From NCBI GenBank assembly GCA_041687695.1, contig JAWLBL010000010.1:34676-98675 (forward strand): a stretch of 64,000 bases of DNA, in the 5' to 3' direction. The number at the start of each line of letters is the position of its first letter. Position 1 is the first letter of the stretch. The notes beneath the pieces are model-generated. The model searched no databases and had not been told where the DNA came from. It saw nothing but the letters and a program-made list of their open reading frames with translations. The translations under genes were made by a program, and so were the position numbers. Below, piece after piece: positions 1-10,122 of the stretch. Source of the stretch: Myxococcota bacterium. Its GTDB lineage: Bacteria; Myxococcota_A; UBA9042; PHBI01; JAWLBL01.

Positions 1-570
1 GCGACGGTGACCGACTGCGCGGCGACCGACGACGCCTGCGACCCCGACGCGCTGACTTGCGTGGACCCGTGCCTGGACGTGGTGTGCGACGCGCCGCCGG
101 CGGACGGGTGCGAGGGGCATGTCCTGAGCGTGTACCCGGCGCAGGGCGTCTGTGTGGCCACGGCCGGCGAGTCGGCCTGTGAGTATACGGCGACGGTGAC
201 CGACTGCGCGGCGACCGACGACGCCTGCGACCCCGACGCGCTGACTTGCGTGGACCCGTGCCTGGACGTGGTGTGCGACGCGCCGCCGCCCGACGGGTGC
301 GAGGGGCACGTCTTGAGCGTGTACCCGGCGCAGGGCGTCTGCGTGGCCACGGCCGGAGAGTCGGCCTGTGAGTATACGGCGACGGTGACCGACTGCGCGG
401 CGACGGACGACGCCTGCGACCCCGACGCGCTGGCCTGCGTGGACCCGTGCCTGGACGTGGTCTGCGACGCGCCGCCGGCGGACGGGTGCGAGGGCGACGT
501 GCTGAAGGTCTACGAGGCGACCGGTGCTTGTGTCGCCACGGCCGGCGAGTCGGCCTGTGAGTACGCGGTG
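1..570 (+). repeat. Intragenic tandem repeat, 189-bp (63-aa) period, about 3 copies
   Basis: gcgacggtgaccgactgcgcggcgac starts at 1, 190 and 379. Confidence 0.9.
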
Positions 571-2004
571 ACCGACACGGACTGCGCCGCCGAGGGCGAG
601 GTCTGCAACGCGGCGCTGCTGGCCTGCGTGACCCCCGACCTGGCCTGCCAGGGCGTGGTGTGCGACGCGCCGCCCGCGCCGACCTGCGACGGCGACTCGG
701 TGCTGACCTGGGCCGCCGAGGGCACCTGCGCCGAGGGGACCTGTGACTACGGCGACCCGGTCGCTACCGACTGCACGGCGGGCGGGGCGGTCGCGGCGAC
801 CTGCACCTCGGGCGCCTGCGTGATGCAGGGCGACGTGGTGTTCAACGAGCTGATGCTGGACCCGACCGCGGTGGCCGGCCAGTGGTTCGAGCTGCTGAAC
901 CTGACGGCGGGCGACCTCGAGCTGGCGGGCTGCGTGGTGAGCGATCTGGAGGGCGAGCACGTCATTGCGGGCTCGCTGGTGGTGCCGGCCGGAGGCGCGG
1001 TGGTGCTGGCGGCCAGCAGCGACCCGCTGGACAACGGTGGCTTCGAGCCGGACTACGTCTATGGGCTGGACCTGGCGCTGGACCCGGTCGCGAGCTACCT
1101 CGAGCTGTCCTGCGGCGGGCTGTCGCTGGACGCGGTGCTGGTCGACGAGGCCTTCGGCGCCGAGCCGGGCGTCGCGCTGCAGCTGGACCCCGAGCTGGCC
1201 GACGCCGAGCTGAACGACGACCCGGCCGCCTGGTGCGCCGCGTCGGCGGTGTACGGCGACGGCGACCTGGGCTCGCCCGGCGCGGCCAACCCGGCCTGCG
1301 TGGACCCCTGCGCCGGCGTGGTGTGCGACGCGCCGCCGGCCGACGGGTGCGACGGGGACGCGGTGGTGCTGTACGAGGACGGCGTGTGTGTCGAGGGCGT
1401 CTGCGACTACGCGCCGGTGACTGTGGACTGCGAGGCCGGCGAGACCTGCCAGGACGGCCAGTGCGTCGTCATCGGCGGCGCCGCGGGCCAGCCGCCGGTC
1501 GGTGTGGTCGTCTTCAGCGAGATCATGTTCGACCCCAAGGCGACCACCGACCCCAACGGCGAGTACTTCGAGCTCTACAACACCGGCGCGGTCGCCTACG
1601 ACCTGAACGGGTGCAAGCTGGCCGACAACGGGGCCTCGTTCACCCTCACCCAGTCGCTGGTCATCGCGCCGGGTGGCTACCTGGTCTTCACCTACGGGAC
1701 CGCGGCCACCAACGGCGGCATCGACACCGACTTCGACTACGGCGCCATCTCGGGCAACAAGCCGGCGCTGGGCAACAGCGGCGACAGCCTGAAGCTGACC
1801 TGCGACGCGGGCCAGGTCGACGCGGTCACCTTCACGACCAGCGGCGCCTGGCCGGCCAAGGTGGCCGGCGTGTCCTACCAGCTGTCGGCCGACCTGCTCG
1901 ACGCCGACCTGAACGACGACGGCGCCGCCTGGTGCGCGTCCACCGCGGCCTACGCCAGCGGCGACTTCGGCACCCCGGGCGCGGCGAACGCGGTCTGTCC
2001 GTAG
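1..2004 (+). CDS. Cys-rich repeat surface protein with two lamin-tail domains (LTD); 5'-truncated by window edge
   Basis: Open frame from base 1; 63-aa Cys-rich repeats; LTD motifs VVFNELMLDP..QWFELLN and VVFSEIMFDP..GEYFELYN..GTPGAAN. Confidence 0.85.
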   Translation, partial: ATVTDCAATDDACDPDALTCVDPCLDVVCDAPPADGCEGHVLSVYPAQGVCVATAGESACEYTATVTDCAATDDACDPDALTCVDPCLDVVCDAPPPDGCEGHVLSVYPAQGVCVATAGESACEYTATVTDCAATDDACDPDALACVDPCLDVVCDAPPADGCEGDVLKVYEATGACVATAGESACEYAVTDTDCAAEGEVCNAALLACVTPDLACQGVVCDAPPAPTCDGDSVLTWAAEGTCAEGTCDYGDPVATDCTAGGAVAATCTSGACVMQGDVVFNELMLDPTAVAGQWFELLNLTAGDLELAGCVVSDLEGEHVIAGSLVVPAGGAVVLAASSDPLDNGGFEPDYVYGLDLALDPVASYLELSCGGLSLDAVLVDEAFGAEPGVALQLDPELADAELNDDPAAWCAASAVYGDGDLGSPGAANPACVDPCAGVVCDAPPADGCDGDAVVLYEDGVCVEGVCDYAPVTVDCEAGETCQDGQCVVIGGAAGQPPVGVVVFSEIMFDPKATTDPNGEYFELYNTGAVAYDLNGCKLADNGASFTLTQSLVIAPGGYLVFTYGTAATNGGIDTDFDYGAISGNKPALGNSGDSLKLTCDAGQVDAVTFTTSGAWPAKVAGVSYQLSADLLDADLNDDGAAWCASTAAYASGDFGTPGAANAVCP

Positions 2005-2077
2005 GCTGTCCTGCGTCAGCGAGGCGGCGCTGCGGCGTCGTCCCGCGCGCCGCGGCTGGCCAGGCGAGGCGGAGGGC

Positions 2078-4330
2078 TCAGAGGCTGGAGCCCACCTCGA
2101 GCCACCAGCCGGTGGCGAGGCCGTCGGTGCCGCCGTGCAGGGCCGCGGTGAGGGCGAAGTGGAGCCCGGAGAGCTTGAAGGTCACTCGGGTCCCCAGCTC
2201 GCCCGAGACCACGCTGTCGAGGTGGGGCAGGACGTACAGGTTGGCGATCGGGATCAGGTCGAGCCCGTAGTAGTAGAGGATTTCAAAGCGCGTGTCGGCC
2301 GAGAGCATGTGCAGGCCGGGGGCGCCGCCCTGTCGCAGCAGGCGGGCCGCGACGACGTCGAGGTGGCCGAGGGTCCCGAGGACGTCGCCGTGGGCCGCCA
2401 CGAAGCCGGTCGAGGTGCCCTGGTAGGGGGTCGAGTCGCCGCTCCAGAAGGTGTAGCGCGCGGTGAGCGGCTTGCGCCAGGCCGTCCTGAAGGCCCAGGC
2501 CGCCGAGGCGCGCGCGGCGAGGATGGAGAGGTCGCCGTCCTCGCCGAGCTGCAGGTCGGCCGTCGCGCTGCCGCCATAGCCGTAGGGGGTCCAGGCGAAG
2601 TCGAGCCCGAGGGTGTGGCGGACCAGGCCCGGCGCCGCTTCGGTGAGCCAGGTGAGGCCGAGGACCGGTTCGCGCGGGGCGTGCCTGAGGGTGGCGCCGG
2701 CGAGCCACTCGCGGCGCGTCTCGCTGAGCCCGTCCAGGTCGGGCAGGCCGCCCGCGATGAGGTTCAGGCTCCAAAGACGGCGGTAGGCCTCCAGCACCGC
2801 TCCGTCGAGGAAGGCGCCCCCGGTCTCGCGGACGCGGCCGCCCAGCAGGCGCTCGGGGAAGCGAAGCTCGTGGGTGCGCGCTCTGTGAGGCGTCAGATCG
2901 AGCCGGCCGCCGGTCAGCCTGAAGAAGCCGCCCGTATCCCCCCGCAGGTTGAAGCCGAACCCCAGCGACTGGAGACGGGCGGACGTGGCTGGGCCGCGCG
3001 CCGAGCCTCGCTCGCCGACGCCATGGGACGCGAGGCCCAGGGCGCTGGCGAAGAAGCGGCTATTCTTCCACCCGCGCTCGAACCCCATGGCGGCGCGCTC
3101 GACGGCGGCGAGGCCCGCGTCCTGCGGGGCGAGCGCGCCTCCCGACGCGCCGCCGACGCCTAGATCGAGGCGCACCCAGGAGGCGCTCGCCGGGGGGTTG
3201 GGGTCGGGCCGCGGCCGGGCGGCGGGCGCGCCGGAAGGCGCCCAGGGGTGGGGTGTGGCGGCCCCGGGCCTCAGGGCCTGGGCGACGAACTTGATGGAGC
3301 CGGCCCAGTGTTGGAGACAGGCGAGGTGATCGGGGGCATGGGCGGAGCCGAGCAGGCAGAGCTCCTGCTTGCCCCCGACGAGGCGTCGCGAGCTGGTGGC
3401 CACCTGCTGCGGGCTGAAGGGGACGCCCTGGCCCTGGGGCAGCAGGGGCCCGAAACAGTGGACCTCGCCCGCCTCGCTGCGCGCGCAGGTCACGCCCTGG
3501 CCCTGGGCCACCTCGGCCACGGGAGGAAGCCCGGGGACGCGCGTGGGACTCGCCACGCAACGGCTCTGCGCCTGGGGTCCGACCAGCCCGTGACCGTTGT
3601 AGCCCCAACACCACAGCTCGCGCTGCTCGGTGATGGCGCACTGGGTGCCCTGGAAGCTGGTGAGGGCGACCGCTCTGGGCAGGCCGACCACCGGGGCGAG
3701 CTCGCGGCTGGGCTGGAAGTGCCCCCGGCCGAGGCCGCCGCATTCGTTGCGCCCCCAGCAGAGCACCCGGCCGTCGGTGGTCAGCACGCAGGCGATCCCG
3801 TCGATCACCACCTGGGCGACCGGAGCCCCGACGTCCAGAGGCGTCGGATCGCGCCGGACGTGGCTCGGCCCATCGGCCGGGGGCACCAGCCGGTCGGCCC
3901 GGCCCCAGCAGACCAGGGCTCCGCCTTCCTGGAGCGCGCACGCCAGGGTGGCGTCGGCCGCGACGCGCAGCGCCCGCGTCACGCCGGGGAAGGGCGCGTT
4001 GGTCGTATTCGGGTCCGCCGCGTTGTAGGAGCAGAGGCTCGGGGCGTTCCAGACCGCGCCGCTCGAGGTGACCAGCCAGACGGTCCTCGGGCTCTGCTCG
4101 AGGGCGACGAAGCGCTCGCCATCGGGAGGGGAGAGGTGGCGCCATTTGTTGCCGTGCTTGCGACTGCGACAGCGAGCGCCGGAGTCGTCGAGGACGCACA
4201 AGCAGCCCCAAAAGATGGCGACCTGGGCGGCCGAGGTGGTCGGAGTCTGCGGCTCGGCCGCCCGGGCGCTCGGGGCCGCCAGGGCGAGGAGGAGCGCGGC
4301 CGCCAGCAGCCGGGAGAGCGAGGCCGCCAT
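2078..4330 (-). CDS. Secreted RCC1-repeat protein fused to a C-terminal AlgE/alginate-export-like beta-barrel (paralog 2)
   Basis: Signal peptide MAASLSRLLAAALLLALAAPSARA; RCC1 repeats (GRVLCWGRNECGGLG, LWCWGYNGHG); barrel motif YTFWSGD..F...HG..G.LD; start overlaps upstream stop (TGATG). Confidence 0.75.
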   Translation of the reverse strand: MAASLSRLLAAALLLALAAPSARAAEPQTPTTSAAQVAIFWGCLCVLDDSGARCRSRKHGNKWRHLSPPDGERFVALEQSPRTVWLVTSSGAVWNAPSLCSYNAADPNTTNAPFPGVTRALRVAADATLACALQEGGALVCWGRADRLVPPADGPSHVRRDPTPLDVGAPVAQVVIDGIACVLTTDGRVLCWGRNECGGLGRGHFQPSRELAPVVGLPRAVALTSFQGTQCAITEQRELWCWGYNGHGLVGPQAQSRCVASPTRVPGLPPVAEVAQGQGVTCARSEAGEVHCFGPLLPQGQGVPFSPQQVATSSRRLVGGKQELCLLGSAHAPDHLACLQHWAGSIKFVAQALRPGAATPHPWAPSGAPAARPRPDPNPPASASWVRLDLGVGGASGGALAPQDAGLAAVERAAMGFERGWKNSRFFASALGLASHGVGERGSARGPATSARLQSLGFGFNLRGDTGGFFRLTGGRLDLTPHRARTHELRFPERLLGGRVRETGGAFLDGAVLEAYRRLWSLNLIAGGLPDLDGLSETRREWLAGATLRHAPREPVLGLTWLTEAAPGLVRHTLGLDFAWTPYGYGGSATADLQLGEDGDLSILAARASAAWAFRTAWRKPLTARYTFWSGDSTPYQGTSTGFVAAHGDVLGTLGHLDVVAARLLRQGGAPGLHMLSADTRFEILYYYGLDLIPIANLYVLPHLDSVVSGELGTRVTFKLSGLHFALTAALHGGTDGLATGWWLEVGSSL

Positions 4331-6555
4331 CAGAGCACCACCGGGGGACGGGCCGTGAGGAGGAGCCAGGCGCGCCACTCGGGCGCCGCCTCGGCCAGGA
4401 AGGCGCCGCCGCCGAGCTGTAGGGCCAGCGCGCCAGGCAGCGCCAACCGGGCCCAGCCCGAGAACTCGTGCCCGAGCACCGGACCGCCGCCGGGGAGGCG
4501 GCCGAGGCCCAGGCGATGCGCCTCGAGTCGGGCCTGGAAGGAGCCGGTGCCGTCGTAGCCCAGGGTCAGGCGGAGGTCCTCGAGGCCGTGTCCGGTCTCG
4601 GCCCGGCGCGCCGGCCAGGCCAGGTCGAGCAGGCCGAAGCGGCCGTGGCGCATGCCGAAAGGGGAGAGGAAGCTGGTCGCGAGGCCGCGGTCCGGCGCGC
4701 CGTCCCCGGTCAGGTGATCCCACCCCAGCTCGACCGAGAGGGGCAGGGAGGCGGTGGGCGCCCAGCGGAGGCTGGCCTCGCCCATGCCCGCCAAGACGAC
4801 CTGGTCGCGGGCGAGGCCAGACTGGAGCGAGAGCGCGAGGTGGGCGCCGAGGTCGCTGCGAAACGGCCAGACGGCGGCGGCCCGCAGGGTGTGGAGGCGT
4901 TGGTCGCCGCGGACGCCCGCGTAGAGCCAGGTCAGGGTGGGCGGCGAGGGCGTCGTCGCCAGGCTCTCGGCCGTGAGGGCGACGACGCCGCCCTGGCCGC
5001 GCACGTCCTCGAGGTCGCGCGTGACGACCGCCCCGGTGAGCAGGCTGAAGCGCCAGCCGCGGGTGGCGATCTCGGCGGCCAGGCCGTCGACCCGGAGCCC
5101 GCCCTCCCACAGCCGGTCCGAGAGCAGGCTCGTCGGGTGGGGCGCAGTGGGCCGCAGGCGCCCCACCAGGGCGACGATCCTGTGGTCGACGGTCCAGGGC
5201 CAGGGGGGGCGGTAGCCGAGGCTCGCGTCGCGTAGCCAGACCCCGCGCGACAGCGGCGGGTAGGCGTCGCCGTCCAGGGGGGACAGCGGCGAGGCGAGGG
5301 TCGCCTCGACGGCCACGCGCGCCGAGAAGGTGGGGGCCACGCGCTGGGCGGTCAGGGCGATGCGATGATCCTGCAGGAGGTCGCTGCCGAGGTCGGTCCC
5401 GAGACGGCTCCAGAGCTCGAGTTGCAGGCCGGGGACCGTAGGCTCGGGCCATGGGGTCTCGGGATCGGGCCAGGTGAGGTGACGCGGCTCGACGGCCTTC
5501 ACCGGCTTGTAGTCGCGGTCGTAGAGCTGCCAGCAGACGACCAGGCCAGCGTCGGTGAGCGCGCAGGCCTGGTTACCCGAAACGGTGACGGCACGGGAGG
5601 GCGGGACCTGCGGCACCGGGACGAGCTCGGGCTGCTTGAACCTCTGGGCGTCGATGCGGCAGGCAGGAGCCCGGCCTTCGAAAGCCGCGCAGACCGCGAC
5701 CTTCACGTCCGCCGAGACGATGTCACGCCCCTGGGGGACGGCCGTCAGTGGGACCGGAAAGTCCCCCTGGGCCGCGGGCGCGTTGGAGGCGGCGGGCGCG
5801 CCGAGGCCTTGTGAGCACGACAGGCCTCGGTCCCGATGGCGGACACAGAACAGCCACGGGCGGAGGGTGATGCGGACGGCGTCGTCGACGCCGGGGAGCG
5901 GCCTGGGGCGGTGGCGCGGCGGGGCCTCGCGCCTGGGCTCGCTGCGCCCGACGGCGCCCCACCACCAGACCTGGCCCGAGGCGGTGCGGCCCCAGGTGAA
6001 GCCGTCGGCGCAGGCGATCTCGACGAAGGCGGGCGCGTCCGCCACGGGCAGGGCCCGGGTCGACGAGTAGACCTCGCCGTGCCCGAGCTGCCCGTGCTCG
6101 TTCGACCCCCAGCAGAGCGCGCGTCCGTCAGCGTCGAGCGCGCAGCCGTGGGAGCCGCTGGCGGCGACGTCGACCGCACCCTCGACGCCCTCGACGCGGC
6201 GCGCCGGGGAGGTGGGCTGGCCGGGGAGCCAGCCGCTGAGGTCGCCCCAGTGGTAGACCTCGCCGTCGCGCGTGCGGGCGACGTTGTAGCGGCGCGCCGA
6301 GACGACCTGGGCGACGGGCGGCAGGTCGAGGACGCGGCGCAGCGGCGGGTCGGGCAGGTTGGCCGTGTCGGGTGGGCTGCCCAGTTGGCCGCGGTCGTTG
6401 CTGCCCCTGCAGTAGACGGCGCCCGAGTCGAGGAGCAGGCAGAGGTGGGACTCGCCGCTGGTGAGCGCGGCGACGCCGACGACCGGGGGCGCGGCGGCGG
6501 CCGAGGCCGTGGCGAGGAGGAGGAGCGTGGTCAGCGCGGCCCGGCAGGCGTTCAT
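4330..6555 (-). CDS. Secreted RCC1-repeat protein fused to a C-terminal AlgE/alginate-export-like beta-barrel (paralog 1)
   Basis: Signal peptide MNACRAALTTLLLLATASAAA; RCC1 repeats (VYCRGSNDRGQLG, ALCWGSNEHGQLG); WDHLTGD..SFLSPFGMRHGRFGLLDL..GLEDL; ATGA overlap with upstream gene. Confidence 0.75.
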   Translation of the reverse strand: MNACRAALTTLLLLATASAAAAPPVVGVAALTSGESHLCLLLDSGAVYCRGSNDRGQLGSPPDTANLPDPPLRRVLDLPPVAQVVSARRYNVARTRDGEVYHWGDLSGWLPGQPTSPARRVEGVEGAVDVAASGSHGCALDADGRALCWGSNEHGQLGHGEVYSSTRALPVADAPAFVEIACADGFTWGRTASGQVWWWGAVGRSEPRREAPPRHRPRPLPGVDDAVRITLRPWLFCVRHRDRGLSCSQGLGAPAASNAPAAQGDFPVPLTAVPQGRDIVSADVKVAVCAAFEGRAPACRIDAQRFKQPELVPVPQVPPSRAVTVSGNQACALTDAGLVVCWQLYDRDYKPVKAVEPRHLTWPDPETPWPEPTVPGLQLELWSRLGTDLGSDLLQDHRIALTAQRVAPTFSARVAVEATLASPLSPLDGDAYPPLSRGVWLRDASLGYRPPWPWTVDHRIVALVGRLRPTAPHPTSLLSDRLWEGGLRVDGLAAEIATRGWRFSLLTGAVVTRDLEDVRGQGGVVALTAESLATTPSPPTLTWLYAGVRGDQRLHTLRAAAVWPFRSDLGAHLALSLQSGLARDQVVLAGMGEASLRWAPTASLPLSVELGWDHLTGDGAPDRGLATSFLSPFGMRHGRFGLLDLAWPARRAETGHGLEDLRLTLGYDGTGSFQARLEAHRLGLGRLPGGGPVLGHEFSGWARLALPGALALQLGGGAFLAEAAPEWRAWLLLTARPPVVL

Positions 6556-8801
6556 GGGGCGGGCGCTCGCGGCGGGAGGGGCGGGGGGATGACCCGGAGC
6601 GCGTGCTCGAGGGCGCGGACCGGGCCCTCGAAGACGCTGCGGACGGCGGGATGGCAGTACTCTCGGCAGAGACGCTCGAGGTCTGGGCGCGCGGGAGTGG
6701 CGTGGGGCCCGAGGGCGGCCAGGGCGTTGGCCACCCGCTCGAGCAGCGGGAGCCAGGGGTGCTTCTGGGCGATGAAGGCCATCATGTCGGGGAGCGCGGC
6801 GCGGCCGGCGGGGCCTAGCGCCGCCAGCGCGTCGTAGGCCTCGAACTGCACGCGATAGTCGCGGTCCTTCATCTTGGTCCGAAGGGCGGACAGCGGGTCG
6901 TGGGTGTTGCCGACCAGCTTGCGAAACTTCGCGACTTTGGCCTCGAGCGCGTCGCGGGCCTCGGGTGAGCGGCTGGCGAGGACGTGGCCCGAGAAGGCGC
7001 CATAGGGCGAGTGGGGGGCGAGGAGGCCGTAGAGGAGCGAGCCGTTGGAGGCCGGACGGTCGTGGGTGAGCTCGGCGACGAGCAGCTCGAGGCCGGCGGC
7101 CTGCCGAGCGTCCCGCGTCGGGGCGGCTCGCAGGGCCTCGACCACCGGCGGTGGGGCCGGAGCGCGCAGGTGGGGGGCGACCTGAAGCAGGACACCGAGG
7201 TGGAGGTTGGACGAGGTGGCGAGGGCTAGACGGTCCAGCAGGTCGGCGCGGGCCGTAGCCGGACGGCCGAGGGCGAGGAGCAGCGCGGCGGCGGTCGGCG
7301 ACTCGGGGCCTTCGGCGCGGGCGAGGGCCTCCAGGGCTTCGACGGTCGGGGCGTCGGAGGCCTGGGTGGCCGCTACGACGCGGAGGGCGTGGAAGCTGTA
7401 GGCGTCTTGCGCGAGAGGTCTGGCCGGGCTCAGGAAGCGGTGCAGGAGCGGAACGGCCGGGGCCGCGGCGCGCCCGAAGCGGGCGAGGGCGTCGAGGAGG
7501 CGGGCGGGGTCGAGCCTGTAGGCTTGGGCGGAGTAGGCAGGGCGGGAGTCCTGAGGTGCGTTGACGTGGGCGCGCAGGCCCTGGAGCAGGACGGGCAGGG
7601 CGTCGGGGTCGGTGGTCTCGGAGTCGGCGAGCGCCATGACGGCGGCGGCGCCGGCGGCGGGATCGCGGGTCGCCTCGATGAGCTCGGGTACGGCGGGGCG
7701 GGCGTGGTGGCGAAAGCGGAGGAGGCCGGTCGCTGCGGCCGCGCGCACCTCGAGGTGGGAGTCGGACAGGGCGTCGGCGAGGAGCTTGGCGGACGCGCGG
7801 CCGGGCAGGCCGCTCAGGACCGAAACCGCGGCGAGGCGGGTGGCGACGTGGTCGGCGTCGAGGAGCGGGTCCACGGCGTCGATGCTCGGGGGGCCGATGG
7901 CGACGAGGGCGCGGACGGCGTTGGGGGCGGCCGGATCGCGCGGGGCCCGGGCGAGGAGCGAGAGGAGCGAGCCGGTCGCGGCGCGGCCGTGTCGGCCCAG
8001 CATGGCCAGGACATCGGCCGCGGCGGCAGCGATGACGGGGCGGCGGCGGTCGAGCTCGGCGGCGAGGTGGGGGACCGCGGCGGGGCCGATGGCGCGGAGG
8101 GCGTGGCGGGCGGTGGTGGCGACCGGGGCCGCCGGGTCGGCCAGCGCTTCGATGAGGCAGGGGGTGGCGGGCGCTGCATCGGGGCCCAGGCGGGCCAGGG
8201 CGGAGGCGGCGACGCGGCGGGTGCCGGGGTGTTCGGAGTCGAGGCCGGCCACGAGCCAGGGGATGGCGGCGGGCCCGATCCTGGGCATCACGCTGTCGCG
8301 GCCCATGGCGGCGAGCGCGAGCGCGTCGGGGGCGGCGGCGGGGCCCAGGTGGATCAGGGCGTCGGCGGCTTTGCGGCGGTGGCTGGGGTCGGGGCTCGCG
8401 AGCATGGCCGACAGCGTGGGGCGGATGAGCGCGGCCGGGGCGCCCAGGCGGGCGAGGAGGTCGAGCTCGGCCAGCGAGCGGACGCCAGCAGGGCGCGCGG
8501 CGAGGTAGGCGCAGGCGGCGGCGAGGCGGGTGTCGGGCGGGAACTGGAGCAGGAGCGCGTAGCCGGTGCGGTGACCGTCTTGCAGCGAGCGGAGGACGTG
8601 TTGGAGTTCGTTTCTGGGGACGCGCTGCAGGGCCGGGTCCTGGCAGGCGCTCTCGGCCGACGGTGGGGGTGGGGGCGGGGCGCGGCGGCAGCTGGCGAGC
8701 GGGGGCGCCGAGGCGCAGGCACCTTGAAGTGGCGTGAAAGACGCGACGGTGAGGGCGACCAGGAGGCCGAGGCTCGGACGTGACGATGTGGAACGCGACA
8801 T
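6552..8801 (-). CDS. HEAT/PBS-lyase repeat protein, probably exported (possible lipoprotein)
   Basis: Repeated R..AA.AL..LGP.A.PA.P.L...L.D units; hydrophobic N-terminus ending LQGAC. Confidence 0.8.
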   Translation of the reverse strand: MSRSTSSRPSLGLLVALTVASFTPLQGACASAPPLASCRRAPPPPPPSAESACQDPALQRVPRNELQHVLRSLQDGHRTGYALLLQFPPDTRLAAACAYLAARPAGVRSLAELDLLARLGAPAALIRPTLSAMLASPDPSHRRKAADALIHLGPAAAPDALALAAMGRDSVMPRIGPAAIPWLVAGLDSEHPGTRRVAASALARLGPDAAPATPCLIEALADPAAPVATTARHALRAIGPAAVPHLAAELDRRRPVIAAAAADVLAMLGRHGRAATGSLLSLLARAPRDPAAPNAVRALVAIGPPSIDAVDPLLDADHVATRLAAVSVLSGLPGRASAKLLADALSDSHLEVRAAAATGLLRFRHHARPAVPELIEATRDPAAGAAAVMALADSETTDPDALPVLLQGLRAHVNAPQDSRPAYSAQAYRLDPARLLDALARFGRAAAPAVPLLHRFLSPARPLAQDAYSFHALRVVAATQASDAPTVEALEALARAEGPESPTAAALLLALGRPATARADLLDRLALATSSNLHLGVLLQVAPHLRAPAPPPVVEALRAAPTRDARQAAGLELLVAELTHDRPASNGSLLYGLLAPHSPYGAFSGHVLASRSPEARDALEAKVAKFRKLVGNTHDPLSALRTKMKDRDYRVQFEAYDALAALGPAGRAALPDMMAFIAQKHPWLPLLERVANALAALGPHATPARPDLERLCREYCHPAVRSVFEGPVRALEHALRVIPPPLPPRAPAP

Positions 8802-8925
8802 CCGGCACCGGCGGAATGGAGGTTCGCGCGACTATAGCCGTGTAGCCATGGGCGACCAAGAGAGGCGAGGGTCTGCGGGCACGCGGCCCCCGGGTCTTTT
8901 GTAACGCGCCGGATGGCGGGCCAGG

Positions 8926-9046
8926 GACGCCGACCTCTTCGACGCCGACCTCGACGACGGCGGGGCCGCCTGGTATGCCTCGACCCCTCTCATGGCGACG
9001 GGGGCACTGGTACCTCCGGGTGCGCCGAATGCCGTGTGTTCCGTGA
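8926..9046 (+). pseudogene. Frameshifted relic of a lamin-tail-domain gene 3' end
   Basis: Reads DADLFDADLDDGGAAWYAST..(fs)..PGAPNAVC then ccgtga; matches the C-terminus ADLLDADLNDDGAAWCAST..GTPGAANAVCP* at about 1885-2004. Confidence 0.7.
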
Positions 9047-9087
9047 GCCTGCGGCCCGTAAGCGATGTCGAATTAGAGGTTGGTATA

Positions 9088-10095
9088 GTGAATCGTTCCG
9101 CAGAGGCGAAGACCGTCGTCATCACCGGCGCCAACTCGGGCATCGGCAAGGCCGCGGCCATCAAGTTCGTCAGCGAGGGCCACCAGGTCGTGATGGCCTG
9201 CCGCGACCCTGGGCGGGCCGAGCAGGCCCTGCGCGAGGTCACGGAGGCCGGAGGCGGTCGCGGGGCGGCCGAGGTCATGGCCTGCGACGTCTCGTCGTTG
9301 GGGTCGGTGCGCGCCTTCTGCGCGGCGTTCGGCGAGCGCTTCGAGCGGCTGGACGTCTTGATCCACAACGCCGGCTACTTCAACCACGGCGTCCGCACCT
9401 ACCAGTACAGCGCCGACGGCCTCGAGCTGACCTTCGCCACCAACACCTTCGGCCCGCTGCTGATGACCGAGCTGCTGCTGGACGCGCTCGGCCGCTCGGA
9501 CGACGCGCGCGTCCTGACCGCCGGCAGCACCAACATCAAGAACTTCTACGACCCCAAGCGCGCCATCGAGTTCGACAACCTGCGCGGCGAGCACGCCGAG
9601 GCGCGGCCCTACACCGTCTACAAGATGTACGGCGACTCGAAGATGGGGCTGCTGTTGCTCACCCGCCGCATGGCCCAGGAGTACGCGTCCCGCGGCGTCA
9701 AGGTGAACTGCGTCATGATCCCCACCGTGCGGGTCGACAAGGCCACCTTGAAGAAGTTCAGCGGCTGGTTCCGCGTGGTCGGGACCCTCTTGCAGTACTG
9801 GAACCCCTTCGCGCTGTCCCAGGCCCGCATGGCCGAGACCTACCATCACCTGTGCACGTCGCCCGACTTCCGCGACGTGACCGGCGCCTTCGTCGACCAC
9901 CACCACCGCGTCCTGCCGCCCCACGCCCACGACCGCCGCCTGGCGCCGCCCACCATCGTGCGCGAGCTGCTGGCGACCCGCCACGCGCCGCCCTACGCCG
10001 GCGACCCCCAGAACGTCGAGCGCATGTGGACGGTCGCCCAGGCCGCCATCGCCCCGGCCGATGCGGCCCCGGCCCGCGCGCCCCGCGTCGCCTGA
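9088..10095 (+). CDS. Short-chain dehydrogenase/reductase (retinol-DH/WWOX-like)
   Basis: TGANSGIG, NAG and YGDSK motifs; GTG start after AGAGGT. Confidence 0.9.
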   Translation: MNRSAEAKTVVITGANSGIGKAAAIKFVSEGHQVVMACRDPGRAEQALREVTEAGGGRGAAEVMACDVSSLGSVRAFCAAFGERFERLDVLIHNAGYFNHGVRTYQYSADGLELTFATNTFGPLLMTELLLDALGRSDDARVLTAGSTNIKNFYDPKRAIEFDNLRGEHAEARPYTVYKMYGDSKMGLLLLTRRMAQEYASRGVKVNCVMIPTVRVDKATLKKFSGWFRVVGTLLQYWNPFALSQARMAETYHHLCTSPDFRDVTGAFVDHHHRVLPPHAHDRRLAPPTIVRELLATRHAPPYAGDPQNVERMWTVAQAAIAPADAAPARAPRVA

Positions 10096-10122
10096 GCGGC
10101 CGCGGGGCGCGGTGGGAGGTGC

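Noticed and set aside
2005..9046. Integrative element with att sites
   Set aside because: No integrase, and the flanking homology is too diverged to be att repeats; kept only as a relic observation
8992..9087. Extended N-terminus of the SDR
   Set aside because: This stretch is largely the LTD relic; the GTG at 9088 has an RBS and directly precedes the Rossmann motif
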